Source of the DNA: Gnetum montanum
Lineage: Eukaryota > Plantae > Gnetophyta
NCBI GenBank assembly: GCA_015680685.1
Contig: MNCI01000064.1
Coordinates: 1-59,031, forward strand
Direction: 5' to 3'
Length of the DNA stretch: 59,031 bases
Made by a program: the position numbers and the translations under genes. This document shows, piece by piece, positions 1 to 13,700 of the stretch. How positions within the stretch are numbered: position 1 is the first letter of the stretch; every line of letters begins with the position of its first letter. The notes under the pieces are model-generated. The model searched no databases and had not been told where the DNA came from. It saw only the letters and a program-made list of their open reading frames with translations.

Positions 1-849
1 TCATATGTCAGAACAAGGTTTGCAGATTCTCTCTAAACAAAGACTTCTTCCTAGGGTCAATTCGGTATGTTTACCATTTTGTGAGCATTGTGTTACTAGT
101 AAGCATCATAGATTAAAGTTTAGCACATCAACTGCTAAGAGTAGAGGCATCTTGAACTTGTTGCACTCTAATGTTTGGCAAGCACCAGTGACTTCCCTAG
201 GAGGAGAAAGATACTTTGTATCTTTCATTGATGATTTTTCCGGGAGATGTTGGGTGTATCCAATCAAAAGGAAGGCAAATGTCTTTTCAGTCCTCAAATT
301 TTTTAAAGCGCAAGATAGAAGTTTGACTAGAGTAGATCCTTGTATGGCCTAGCAAAAGCATAAGCAACATAGAATGACAAGGTAGAAAGGATGATGTGGA
401 GATATGATTGATCCTCAATCAAAATATCCAAGTGGGAGATTATTGGAAAAAACTAACTATGAAGTAGTAGATCACAACAATGAATTAGCAGTTGCTTATC
501 CATGAACTACACTTTTCGTTTCTATCGTCCAATAGTTTTAGAATTTTCCCTAAAGATAACATAAGACTTCTAAATGTGTTATGAAGATCTATCTCAGTTA
601 ATTTTAGATGTTTCCAATATTGTAATCCCAGATGTGGCTATTTAAGTTTTTCCTGGGATCGGTCATACACAAGAGTTAAGAGTTCTCCCATTGCATGAGA
701 GAGAGGCTTCTTCTTGTTCTCTCCTTGTGATGAAGAGAGAGAAGCTTGTTATTTCCATTGTTGATAATAAGATTCTTCTGCATTTGCCTATGGTTCAATT
801 GCTCTTTATTTTCATTTCATTTCATATTTTGCTACCATATTTGCTAACA
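1..849 (+). mobile_element. Ty1/Copia LTR retrotransposon remnant: GAG-pre-integrase/integrase N-terminus, internal deletion, PPT and 3' LTR
   Basis: ORF 5-352 HMSEQGLQIL...FCEHCVTSKHHRLKF...HSNVW...YFVSFIDDFSGRCWVYPIKRK is a Copia integrase start. It jumps at ~330 to the 3' end, followed by the PPT AAGTGGGAGAT (430-440). Confidence 0.85.
441..849 (+). repeat. Copia 3' LTR
   Basis: Starts TATTGG (decayed TGTTGG) directly after the PPT, has a TATA-like GGCTATTTAA at ~636 and ends ...CTAACA at 849. Confidence 0.65.
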
Positions 850-1351
850 GATAAAACAGGAACTAATCAATGATCTTGATTGTGGTTTTTTGAAAATTTG
901 TGTTTTGCATGAAACACAAGAGACATCTTGAACGTACAAGTGGGTATGATCCAAGGCCAAGAGAATTCAAAAATTAGAATCAGAATGGATGAAGATGGCA
1001 AGATTATTGAATTTGGAGTTGGAAGAAGGCAACCCACTAAACCTCCATCGCCTCAAGGAAATGAGCCCTCGCCCTACTTAGTAGATGCCATGAACACACC
1101 TCATCATGACCACCACCAGTATTTAAGTGATAGTACTTCAGGAATAGAGATACAAGCTCTATCCATATCTATGCCTATTTAGTCTCAGTTCCACTCTGTG
1201 GAATTAAAAGCATCTATGTAAGAGACTAAATTATTCAATTTCTAGCAAGAATTGCAGCACCACTTGCATTACTGTGCTTCAACTATTGTACAGATGAAAT
1301 TCAATTTTGGAGCACTAGATCTTTTTTGTTATTCTCAGTGGCTTGCACCAA

Positions 1352-3683
1352 TATTATATTAAATTTAAAAGAAATTACGGAAAATAAAAAAGACACAAAG
1401 TTCTTGTGGGGAAAACCATAAAGGTGAAAAACCCCAGCAAAAAATCAGCTCTTGGACCATTAGCAGCACAGCTTTAAAAGATTGAAGCTTAAGGAGATTT
1501 TACAAAGGGAGATGATTCTCAAGCTTATGCTTTGAAAAAAAGAGTGGTGTTATGGATGCTCCATTTGTGCTCATTATATAGTGTCACGGAACCCAAAATT
1601 AAAAAGGGATAAAGTAGTTTATTTTGGTAAGGATAAGTATGGGACCAAATAAAAAAATATAAGGGAGGGCATAAATATCCAAAGAAAATCAAGGCAAATT
1701 TGCCTTCATCCACCCTTACAATTCTCCCTCCTAAAGGTAAAGCTACTTTAAAAAAATAGTCAAAACCATTTTTAGAAAATCAGGTTAGAAGAAGATCAAA
1801 TGCTGATAGGCACCAAAGAAACTTTTCAACAAGATTTGACTTGGTGAGTACATCTATAAGATTTTTTTCAATAGATATTTTATTCAAAAGAATCCTTTGC
1901 TTTTGAATTTTCTTCAATATATAGTGATATTGTATTTCATTGTGCTTCATTCAAGCATGAAAAATTGGATTCTTGGATATGCTTATGGCACTTTGACTAA
2001 CATAGCCAATATTAATTAGAGTCTAAGTGATGCCAAGTTCAACTATTAGCCTTTGAAGCCATCTAGGCTCTCTACATTCCCAGTTAGCAGCAACATATTC
2101 ATCTTTAGTGGTAAACTAAGAAACGCAAGATTGTTTCTAACGTTTTCAAGAAACAACAACACCAAAAAGATTAAACACATATCCACTAGTAGATTTCCTA
2201 CTATCAATATCACCATCCCAATCTACATCAACGAAGCCATGAAGTCTATTGGAATCATTTTTATAATAGATCCCATAATTTGAAGTACCGCAATTTGAAG
2301 TACCACGAAGATATTAAAAGACTCACTTCACTGCAATCCAATGTTGTTTTCCTAGATTAAACATATACCTGCTAAGTTTTCCAACAATGTAAGTAATATC
2401 GAGTCTAGTAGAGACCATTGCATACATTAAACTGCCAATAGCACTAGCATATGGAATTTTATCATGAGCTCTTTTTTTTCGCTTGTCTTTGGGCATTGTT
2501 CAACTGAAATTTTAATACCAATTTCATAGGGTGTAGTTACAGGCTTGCAATCATGCATATTAAATCTTTTTAAAATATCTTCAACATATGCAAATTATCC
2601 AAGCCAAAGCTTTTTATTAGCCCTATCTCTTTTAATTTCCATGCCCAAAATTTTTTGTGCAGCACAAAGATCCTTCATCTCAAATTGAGAAGACAGATGA
2701 AGTTTTAACTCTTGAATATCATGTATGTTATTATATGCCATTAACATGTTATCAACATATGGTAGGAAGATAACATATTTGTCACTTGTATTTTTAACAT
2801 ACATACAAGAGTCATTAACACTTCTAACGAAGCTAAGATTGATCATGTGATCATTAAATTTTTTATGCCACATCCTTGGTGCTTGTTTGAGTCCATATAA
2901 TGATTTCAATAATCAACACACCATATTCTCTTTTCCTTTAATTTCATATCCTTTAGGTTGAATCATATATATTTCTTCCTCAATATCACCATTGAGGAAT
3001 GCTTTTTTCACATCCATTTGTTCAAATTTAAGATCATAAACAACTATGATAACCAACAATGATCTTATGGATGTTAATTTTACTACTAGAGAAAAGATTT
3101 CATCATAATCAATCCCCTTTCTCTGAGAAAATCCTTTAGCTATAAGTCATGCTTTGTATAGATTCCAAAATTTTATTTTGTGCACCCATTTATTTCTAAT
3201 GGATTTTCTCTATGATGGGAGCTTAATTAATTTCCAAGTTTTATTTTTGTGAATTAATGACATTTCAGCATCCATTACTTGTTTCCACTTTGCATTTTGC
3301 ATAAACGAACATGCCTCATCATATGTTGATAGCTCAATTTTATTAGTAAATAGGACATATTCTTCTATATGTGAGGGTAATTTTCTTATACGTGTTGAGC
3401 GTATTTATAGCTCATCTTCACTTAAAGTATTTTCTCCCTCTTCATGGTGTTCCTCCTCATTTACCATGCTATCACCATCTTGTTCGCTATGTCCAATATC
3501 CCCAGCTAAGGGAGAATGACCCTTAGAAATTTCATTATTAATTTCAACAGGCACATACATAGGAGTTACATCATTTGAAGGAGCTTCAATATTAGAAGAT
3601 TCCTCTTTCATAGATCCACATTTTTCTCTAAAGATAACACCTCAACTATAAATAACCCTTTTCGTTTGTAGCTTATACAACTC
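1352..3683 (-). mobile_element. Ty1/Copia retrotransposon 3' part (integrase C-terminus, RT, RNase H, PPT, 3' LTR ~1352-1720), degenerate
   Basis: ORF 2595-2909 KSLYGLKQAPRMW...YVDNML...FEMKDL...ILGMEI is Copia RT. Minus-strand PPT AGGAGGGAGAAT (1732-1721) is followed by TG at 1720. An integrase C-terminal-like LYKLQTKRVIYS-GVIF motif near 3630-3680 is interrupted by a Gypsy LTR. Confidence 0.9.
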
Positions 3684-4633
3684 TGATGAATCATGGTTTG
3701 TCAGGTGCTAATATCATACCCTTGATATTGGACCCTTGTTAACCAGGTGCTGATATCAAACCCCTATTATTGGACCCCTACTATCAGACCCTTCATATCT
3801 GATGAGTCCTAATATCGAACCCCCGATATCACACCTACGATATCACATACGTGATATCGCAGCCTAACACGATATCGTATACACGATATTGCGGTTCCCA
3901 TGTGAGCCTATAAATACACAATGGGGTGCACGGGAAAGTAATAGGAAGTTAGTATTAAAGTAGGATCTTTTTGTCAATTTTTCCTCTCAATCCTTTTTCC
4001 TCAATGCATGTCCATAGTGTTATGATTATAATTGTACGACACCTTTATTCGAGTGTGACGTACTTGGACACGCACATGATCAAAAATAAAGATCAAGGTT
4101 ACTTCATCATTGCAGCATTCACTTAGCTTAATTATTTAATTTTTATTGTTATTTATTGCTTTCGTAGTTAATATCTCTTCACCCTAAACTCCTTAAACGC
4201 AGAATAAGTATGACTTAATCACGAGCATTTAAGTGTGACTACTCGGTAACTCGGTAGCATACCTAGGATCTACGCATGGTAATCCCAGTAGTAGTCATGC
4301 ATGAGTTCCAAAATGTATATAGATGATTAAGGGATAGATTCTTATTACACTTAGGCTAGCTTAGACTCTCTTCACCCTTTCCCTCTTAGGTTAATCAAAG
4401 TTATTTCCATTGCCTCTAGGAGTAGCACTAGCTTAGGACCACATCATACACCTCACTCTAGACTAAACCATATGTGACAAAGAAAATACTAGTCCAAGTG
4501 GGAATACAACAAACTACAATCAATGAGTAACTATCTAGATACCACAACTAGCTCATCTGCAGAGTTCGACCGGATCATGCGTGAAACGCTCGTATTCGTA
4601 TGGTTGAGTGTAGGGGTACCTCGCCACTCATCA
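3684..4633 (+). repeat. Athila-like Ty3/Gypsy 5' LTR
   Basis: TGATG...ACTCATCA termini, TATA CCTATAAATA at ~3907, GATATC repeats in U3, followed by PBS TGGCGCCATTGCTAGG (4635-4650). Homologous to 13997-15022. Confidence 0.9.
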
Positions 4634-5263
4634 TTGGCGCCATTGCTAGGTACGATGATAGTAATTTAGATTAGTTATATCACACAAGATCATTATAACA
4701 AAGTATTTATGATATATCTCTTAGAAAAGAAATTAATTTTAATTAAGCCACACATGGTTCACAACAATGTCTCTCTCACAAGACTCTGACAATGCAACAA
4801 TGAGTAAGGCAATTCATTGGAGAACCAACAAATTATATGTGATGAAGATAAAGTTTGAAGTACTCAACCTTATGCAAGAGTCCCCTACATTCACAAACAT
4901 CCCAATGATACTCAAAGACTTTTTTCATCCAACTCTGACACCTCTAATAAGGATGAGACATCCCATAGAACGAGGAGGCCCGAAAGGCCTAGGACCTTCT
5001 TGATAACTAACAAGAACTTATTTGGGGAGGATTGGAAGACTTACAAAAGTCATAATGATTTTTATAGTTCCTTCTCTTCCTCTACTCCTTTAATGTCAGA
5101 TTGTGACACGGATGACTATCTTTCAAGGGATCGACGTAGAACTAAAAATTGAGCTCACAAAGAAAATCGAGAACACCAACATGAACAAGGACAACATCAT
5201 CCCAACGCATAAACTCACAACCCACTTAGTGACTATGAACCTTTACTAGCCACTAAGAGCCTA

Positions 5264-6264
5264 ATGCCTATACAAGAGGCCATTCAAATATCCTGCAAGC
5301 ATCACAAGGAAAGTCGTCTACCTAGGCTTGACTTAAACAACTTTCCTAAGTTTTTCGAAGGCTATGATTTAGATCTGCAACATCATCTACAAGCCTTCTA
5401 CGATGCTTGTGTATGGAAAAATATTGATAATGAGTGGCAAAAACTTAAGCTCTTTCCTATAATGCTTGTTGGCCAAGCAAAAGTATGGTATAGGTCATTA
5501 AAACCAAAATCAATTCGATGTTGGCCAATAATAGTAGAACTATTTAATGAAAGATATAAACCTATGTGAGAGTGTCAGCCTTGAAGAGAAAAATCCAAGA
5601 GTGGAAACAAGTGCAACATGAACCCTTGGACATGGCCTTAGAAAGATATTATGCATTGTTAAATAACTACCCAGGCCATGGGTTATCTAAGGAAAGGCTA
5701 ATGTATCACATTATTGATGGGCTCCATAATGAAACAAGGGAGACCCTAGGGATGTATGCTCGAGGTCAACTATACGAGCTACAAACCCATCAACTCCAAG
5801 AGCTTATCAAGAGGGTAGCAAAAGAATAAGGAGAAATGGCTAAATGGGAGAATGCTAAAAAATCTCAACAGGCCAAAAAATCAACAAGGGCCCATGATTA
5901 TGAAGAGGAGAAATCAACTCACTATAAGGAGGCGGGACCATCTTTGCCAATACTACAATCATTGGATGAAGTTGAGGCAAATCTCAATAGGATGATGGAA
6001 TGGATACATGAAAAATGTAGAGAATATGCCAACGCTATTAAAGGTAGAATTATGACAACCCAAGAAATAGGACAAAACACCTTTAGACAATCAGAAAGAA
6101 GGGTTGAAGAGAATAGAAACTTAACTACCAATCATACATATCAATGTAACATTTGCCTATACGATCACCCCAAGGGCCAATGTCCAATCTTGTCACATTT
6201 ACATGATCATTGGGAAAGAATGTTACATCAAGAGTTCATACAAAAATACTGTGTTCAATCATAG
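5264..6264 (+). pseudogene. Athila-like gag (retrotransposon gag domain + zinc knuckle), frameshifted
   Basis: KLKLFPIMLVGQAKVWYRSLKPKSIRCW...FNERY; Q-E-L---ERY--LL--YPGHG; CNICLYDHPKGQC. Split over ORFs 5264-5569, 5566-5829 and 5836-6264. Confidence 0.9.
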
Positions 6265-8176
6265 TGGCAACAATCCCAGTCGTGGGGGAGGCCATCCCCA
6301 AACTGGTTACACCCTTCATACCATCCAAACCCAAGTGCCTATCAAGTTCAACATCATGTTTCCCCATTTGGGTCAACATACTCTATCTCACCATATTATT
6401 ATTATTTTCCTCAATAACATCAACCCATTTCCTTGCCAATAGGACCACCACCTTGGGTACCTTACACTTCTCCTCAATTCCAACATTCTCATCCTTCACC
6501 TCTTTCTACATAACCACCAAGTGTTCCAAAAGGTTTTGCACCATAGCATCAACCCATGAACATTACTTATGCTTCTACTAACAACAGCAGTGGAAACCCA
6601 CCATACCAAAGGCATCCCTTCTTTAGATGTGATTTTCAAAAGGAACACCTCAGTTTTGAAACCGCTGCATCCTCCAACTCAGCATAAGTTCAACACTGTG
6701 GTGCATCTTCCTCTTCAAACCCAACACCTCATGTTACCTTATTAGGGCCACCACTCGATACTCCAACAACCATGGGGCCCAATGAATATTGCCAAATGGG
6801 AAGACATGTTGATCCTTGCATACCATCTTATGATCACAAGTACCATAGTAGGTCAACTCCTTATAAATTAACCACATCTTATAACTTACCCCACCATGTT
6901 AACTCTAATCAAGTGTCTGAACCCCAATGGGGTAACTATGACCAGGTCCTAATATTTCCAACATGCAAGGATCCCAACTATTAAAATTCAAAAATGCTTA
7001 TGCTTTTCAACAATAATTTGTACAATGGTTTGTCTTATTACTCATGGAAACTCAAAAATTCTCTTGTTACACTCTTCTTAGTCTTTGACCTCTAAAAACA
7101 AAAAAAATACTCTTGTTTCTCTTTAACCTAAGAAAACTTAATAATGCTCTATTTTTCCAACAACAATCCATTAGTACAGTTTGTCATTTTTAACCCATGG
7201 AAACTCAAAATTGCTCCTGCTTTCTAAAAAAAATCTATGTTCATTTGACTTAAGGCTAATGCTTAATTTATTTTTTCTATTCAGGTTAAATTACAACATT
7301 AAACACTAGAAGATCATGATTGGTTTAAGGTTACTCGTAATCTTTTTCCTTGTATCTAAGGATGGAATATTTTTACCCTGTAAAGTAAAGTTTGATGATC
7401 AATTTTGATTAATGAAAGACCTATTTACCATACATTTAAACATTTAGCACCATTTCTATAACCCTATATAAAACACAATTTTAGAAATGATAATCCTTTT
7501 AACATGAAAGGCTTAAGATGACAAAATTCAAATCACGGATTTGCAATTGCTCTCCATTCTCCTCCAAAAGAAAAATTTGCTACTTTCTAAAAGATAAATT
7601 TTGCATTTCATTCAAACACATTCAAGAAATGTATATTTTTAGAATGAATCACATGAATAATTCTATACACAACATGAAAAATCAAATATTATAGTTTCTA
7701 ACACATCATCATTGATTTTGTTTTGCTGCTCCAAGTCCTACTACATGCAACTTTCACGATACCATAGTCTTCTATGTTACAAAGATTTTTATAAAATCTA
7801 AATATCAATCACTTAACATACAATCCATCGGCTACATCATTATCAAATCAAAACACCACTAGATTTACAAATTATCCATAGTTGACTATTCAATTATGGG
7901 CAAGATGCTAGTTACATCGTTATCAAACTCGAAGTTGTTGAAGGCTAGAGAACTTTGAGGGGTTAGGCACCCAAACACCATTTTATTTAAATTCAAATCT
8001 CTTTTATCATTTTTGTGCATAAAGGTTGTAGGATCAATATTAGGTAATTTTTCTTCCACTTCAATGCTAGACTGATGCTACTAAAATGTAGCATTTTGAA
8101 GGTCATCTGAAAAAGAGGGAAGAGCACAAAATGATGAAGATCAATTGGGATGTTGTTTTTGGAGGTTCTAGTTGTT

Positions 8177-8642
8177 NNNNNNNNNNNNNNNNNNNNNNNN
8201 NNNNNNNNNNNNNNNNNNNNNNNNNNNNNNNNNNNNNNNNNNNNNNNNNNNNNNNNNNNNNNNNNNNNNNNNNNNNNNNNNNNNNNNNNNNNNNNNNNNN
8301 NNNNNNNNNNNNNNNNNNNNNNNNNNNNNNNNNNNNNNNNNNNNNNNNNNNNNNNNNNNNNNNNNNNNNNNNNNNNNNNNNNNNNNNNNNNNNNNNNNNN
8401 NNNNNNNNNNNNNNNNNNNNNNNNNNNNNNNNNNNNNNNNNNNNNNNNNNNNNNNNNNNNNNNNNNNNNNNNNNNNNNNNNNNNNNNNNNNNNNNNNNNN
8501 NNNNNNNNNNNNNNNNNNNNNNNNNNNNNNNNNNNNNNNNNNNNNNNNNNNNNNNNNNNNNNNNNNNNNNNNNNNNNNNNNNNNNNNNNNNNNNNNNNNN
8601 NNNNNNNNNNNNNNNNNNNNNNNNNNNNNNNNNNNNNNNNNN
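8177..8642. other. Assembly gap (N run)
   Basis: Run of N. Confidence 1.
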
Positions 8643-9494
8643 GGCATCTATCCTTTGAAAGATGTTAAATGAAACTCTTTCAATAATGTGAAATCTCAAA
8701 ACCCACAATCTAAAAAGCTACAAAAATTAGAAGTAATAAGGTACTTGTTTTCTACAAGATGTTATATACCTGTCCTCTTCATCTATCCATTGACCCTTGA
8801 TGATGTTGGATTTCTTAAGCTGGCCTACTGTGGAGGCTCTGTGTTTTACTTCCTTCATGAATATAGTGCTTCTTGATGTGCAGCAGTTACTGTTGTTAGT
8901 CTCTATGATGCCTCTCATGGTAGAAGCAGTGGTGGAGTTGGTAATGCCGCACAAATCCTAGGCTGCTGGGACTATAGTTGTTGTTTGCAGCCGTGGAAGC
9001 TACTAGGGAAAGAGCAGGTTGTGAGAGTTTATGTGAGGCTAAGGTTGCTACTGCTACTGCTATTGTTGGTTAAGATGTAGCTAATAATCTAGGAACCTTA
9101 AAGCATGAATAGGAGGAGGAGCAACAATAGTCGCAAGAAGGAAAATCTAGTTATCAGAAGGAAGAGCCCAGAAGAGGCCTCTACTACTCCTGAGATCCTT
9201 CATAGGGCTTCTTAATGCTAAAACCATTTCTCCAACATTGTGCATTCTACCACTACTATGGTCCACCAATTTCATGAAAATGTAGTAGCAAATGATGTAA
9301 AAGAAACAACAACAACAAAAATGAAAATCGAACAAAAAGAAAAAGCAAATAGAGATACAACCCCAAAAATAGACACAAGATAGATATGAATAAAAAAACA
9401 ACAACAACAGTGTAGCAAAGAATGAATTTCTATTGTAGTAGAATGCAATAGAGAAAACAATGCCTAAAGAAAATGAAAAGTTTCTTTATGTTGC

Positions 9495-9810
9495 TGATGG
9501 GATGCGATATTGCATGGGCCGCGATATCACGTACACAATATCGCATCCTTTCCTGCGATATTGCGTACGCGATATCAAAGCCCACCGCCAGTTCTATAAA
9601 TAAGAGGTGGCTCTCCCTTATTTCTCCATCTAGATCTAGACCCTAGCCAAACTCTTGCCATTTTTCCATTCTAGAGTTAGAATAATTTCCATGTGCCCAC
9701 AGTAGAAGTCCCAAAGTGAACAGATCTTTATTCGAGCAATTCTATACCTGAGCACACAATTGTGTATGGAAATAGAGATGAACTTTTAGATAAACCTTGC
9801 AGTGCATGGA
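9495..9810 (+). repeat. 5' portion of an Athila-like LTR (truncated)
   Basis: Starts TGATGGG, has GCGATATC repeats and CTATAAATA, and is the reverse complement of ~14705-15022. Confidence 0.85.
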
Positions 9811-10770
9811 CTAAGCTAAATAGGCCTTTAATTATTGTTAATTTTTTAAATGCAAATCCCATTCCAAGTCCCTTGCAATGCATGAACAAAGTGGTGTACA
9901 GCCCCTTGTGTGTTTTATGATTAATGTGACTTAGCAAATCCCATTCCAAGTCCGGCCTCAACCCAACCACATCCAGTGACTTTGCATCAATGCATTCAGC
10001 TAAACCATCCACTTGGATAACAAGAGTGCTTCCCCCAAGAGCCACCACCATTCCGACGAAACAAGGAGAGAATGGGAAGCGAAAAGGGCCTTAGTTAGAG
10101 GGAACGTTTTTGGTTCCATAACCAGTGCGTGTAGCCTAAGTTTATTCCATCTAAGGGGTGTGCTTTGAATTCTCACTTAATTATTTTTTTTTTATGTTTT
10201 GTGTGTTTATGCATGAGAACCACACCATGCAAAGACTTCATTATTTTTATTGTCTCAACTTCCAACAATTGGATAACATCGGAATGGCAAGAAAACTCAA
10301 GAAGAAAACATCCAAGCACCCAAGAGAATGGCCAACACAAAAGCATCAAGTTCCCTTAAAGTCACACCCTTTTCAAACCTTGAATCCTTCCTTAGTTTGA
10401 GAAGTGCCCTGTCACCAATTTGTTAAAGTTCTTATTATGAAGGAGACTGTACATTTCCAAGCTAAGAGAGACCATAGAAACTGGTGGATGGATGGATGAA
10501 GTGAACTCATTACCTGCCATATCAAAAGAAATATATCTTAGTATCAACATTGTGACTTAAAGGTAAAAACCAAACATTAGCATATAGCATGAAAACAGTT
10601 CATACCATCATTCCAAACACTTATTGGGTGACAAACTTACAAGGTGGATCACACACACACACACACACAAAATGGAAAAGTATAACAATGTTGTAAAACA
10701 AAAAATAAGAAAAGTCAAAGAAAGTTGTAAAACAAAAACTAGAAAAGTTAAAGAAATTTGTAAAACAANT

Positions 10771-13700
10771 TCTACTACTAGTTGTGTGATTGCTACATAC
10801 AAGCATCTTTGTTTCAAAGTTTCAACGGCACACCTGCTGTATGGAGGCATTTCCTCCATGTCATCACCCAATAAATCACTATATGTGATGCATGGAACTT
10901 TCCTCTTCTTGATCTTTCCATAAATATTTATCTTAGATATTTCCAAGGAAAGATCACAGATCCTAAGGCATGCATCTACTGTACTAAGTCATGCCCTTTC
11001 CATTATAATTGGGAAGTCTCCTTGGTTGTTGTTGATTTCAATCACCAGGAAATTAGCTGGATAAGACCAACCACACACAGCGGTAATGATGTCCTCCACC
11101 AATCCCAAGGGAATGATGATGGACTAGTCTAACAGCTTTAGTTGAATGTTGCTCTTCTTAAGTTGGGGCAGGTTCCAGGCATGATACATCTCTTGTGAAA
11201 TTAAGTTGACTCCGAAACCAAAGTTAAGAAGAGCCCTATGTGGTTCATTTTCGGTGACCTAAAGGTAGATCAAGGGACTCCCAGGGTCAGTTAGTTTCCT
11301 AGGAAGGTGGCCTACCTTGATCCAGTCAGTTATGGTATGCGTCAACATAACCGTATGCGTTAAGCTCTATTGGACTAAAGGGTGCTTTGAAGTGTTAGAT
11401 GGTGGAGGAGTGTACATGGGCCCAACCGCTTGTTGTTGCAAGAGTTTATCTGGGCTTTTGGTTCTGAAGAAGGGTCTTCTCTTTTTACAGTTGTTAGAAC
11501 CAGCAGTAGGTTGAATATTTACAGCTCTCGCAGTGTGATGTTTCTGCGGTTGAGGAGGAAGTTCCCCTTGCATTGTTGGAGCAGGAGGTGTTATGGCAAC
11601 TACTTGTGGAAGAGGTGTGGATGGATTCGGAGGATGGTGTGGGTATGGAGTATCTCCCAGAGGAGAAGGAGTCCTTCTGAAGTACTCCTAAACTTGGTAG
11701 TGACGATGGGGGGTTGTGTGACTCGTACAGTCACTTGGAGAAATCGGCTGCTGCACATAATATCCATAAGGACCAGGCTGCCGGTAAGGGTACTGATGTT
11801 TCAGCGGTGGCATCCCCCATGACTGTGGGTATTGCCACTGCTGATGCTATCCGATGGGTTGTGGTGGAGTTCCACTTGGATAATACGTTAAGGGTTGGTG
11901 GAACTGCCTTGGGTTACCTTGTGGATAAGGTAACCTTTACGGTGTTTTCTATTGGTTGAGTCTTGGATTAAGCGCATACACCCCAGACTCCTATAGATGT
12001 GAGATAATTGGACAACATCCCTTAGGATGGTCATAGTGGCAGATCTCACATCCACCGTCATCGTTTGTGTCTGACTCCACAACCACATCGGAGTTAGTGA
12101 TTTTCCCCTTACCCTTGTTATGTGCAGGGCCTAAATCTCTCCACTTTGTCTTACCTTTGTTACTACTTTGTTCTACCTTAGACTCTTCTACAATTTTTAA
12201 GATAGTTTCAATTTTAGAGTATAAGGAACTCCATACGTCATCTACCTTAGCCGCTATTTCTGTTAACTTTTGAAGTGGAAAGGTCTTTATGTTCACCAAC
12301 TCTTCGATTGGTGACTCATCCTCTTCATCACAAAATTTCACTCCCTTCTTTCAAAGAGAGGGATCACGGTTGTATTTTTCTGTACTTTCCAGTTTTCGTA
12401 GCTCACCTTCTTCTTTTGCTACTTTTTCCAACAAGCGATGTACTTCATCGGCTCTAAGTTGTGAGAGTCTTCCTTGGGCATAAGTCCCAAGGGTTCCTCT
12501 AGTTTCATGCCTTAGCCCATCCACGATGTGGTGAAGTTGATCCCTCTGAGCGTACCCATGGCCCGGGCAATAATGTAACAATGTGTAGTAGTGGGTCATG
12601 GTAGCATCCAAGGGTTCATATGTACCTTGCTTCCAACCTTGGATCTGCTTACGCAAATTGGACACTCTAGAGTATGTCTAATACTTATCGTTGAATAGTT
12701 CTAGCATCATACTCCACCTCCTGATGGTTTCTGGTTCTAAGGACCAGTACCAACTCTCTGCTTCTTTGGTGAGTGTCCTTGGGAACAACTTAAGTTTTTT
12801 CCACTCATTTTCTATATTCTACAAGGCATAGGTATCATGCAATGCCTATAAATGATTTTGCAGATCAGCATTGTATCCCCCTTCAAATCGTGGGATATTG
12901 TTCATGTCTAAACGTTTGATCCAACTATCTTTTAAATGCCTTGTGGGAATCCTAACTGCCTCTGTTATGTCAAGCATACTTCAGGTTGCGAGTAGGGGCT
13001 CATCATGATCATCTCTTTCATGAAGCCTGTGATGTCTGCATTGTTCCCTACTCTCCCTACGTCCTTGCCCTTGTCCTCTCTCTCGACTTTCCCGTCAAGG
13101 TCTCTCATTTTGTCTACCTTTATCCTCTCCATTGTGTTCATGATGGTTGCACCCAGATGTGGAAGGAGAGGGTGAGTGATGTGAAGAAGGGGAAGAAGAA
13201 GGGGAATCATCACCATGACGATGTTTCTTGCCTTCTCTTCGGCTGCTACGGCCCAGAACGTGGTGACGATCTAAGTGCCCGTCCTTAGCATGAGTGGTTA
13301 TTCCCTCTGTGAACAGTTGGTGTTCACGGGCATCAGAACCATGGTTATGTATCATTGATCATAGGTTCTGATACCCAACCTCCTCCTCATCGTTAGGAGG
13401 GGGAACATCGTTTGCTAAAGAACCCGTTATAAGGGGTTCCTCATCTCCTATTTCACTAAGGACATGCAGACCTTTGCCCTTCAAAAGTGTATGTTGGCTC
13501 TCCTACCTTGAGTCCCTCATACGTTGTGCTTCTGTGGGATGATAATCCCTCATATCAAAGTCTTCAACAACGTATTCAGCATATAATTCAATCATGCCTA
13601 TCTGTGCCAAGGCACGGAAAAGCATGTGAGAGACTGATCGATCTAGGGGTAACACAATGTTACCTTGCAAATCTCACCATCACAGCTGTTCATCTTAATG

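Noticed and set aside
928-1182. 84-aa ORF between two Copia LTRs
   Set aside because: No ATG start (TTG) and no recognisable motif; probably a decayed TE fragment.
3700-3890. Short spaced repeats resembling a CRISPR array
   Set aside because: Irregular, degenerate, inside an LTR U3 in eukaryotic DNA, and no cas genes.
6990-8176. Possible degenerate coding region with a short direct repeat (CATGGAAACTCAAAA at ~7043 and ~7196)
   Set aside because: All frames are heavily interrupted and no family could be recognised.
8103-8708. Long ORFs spanning 8177-8642 (and likewise 15666-16280)
   Set aside because: Artefacts of N runs translated as X.
10649-10668. (CA)n microsatellite (also ~50887-50900)
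   Set aside because: Ordinary simple repeat within TE non-coding regions.
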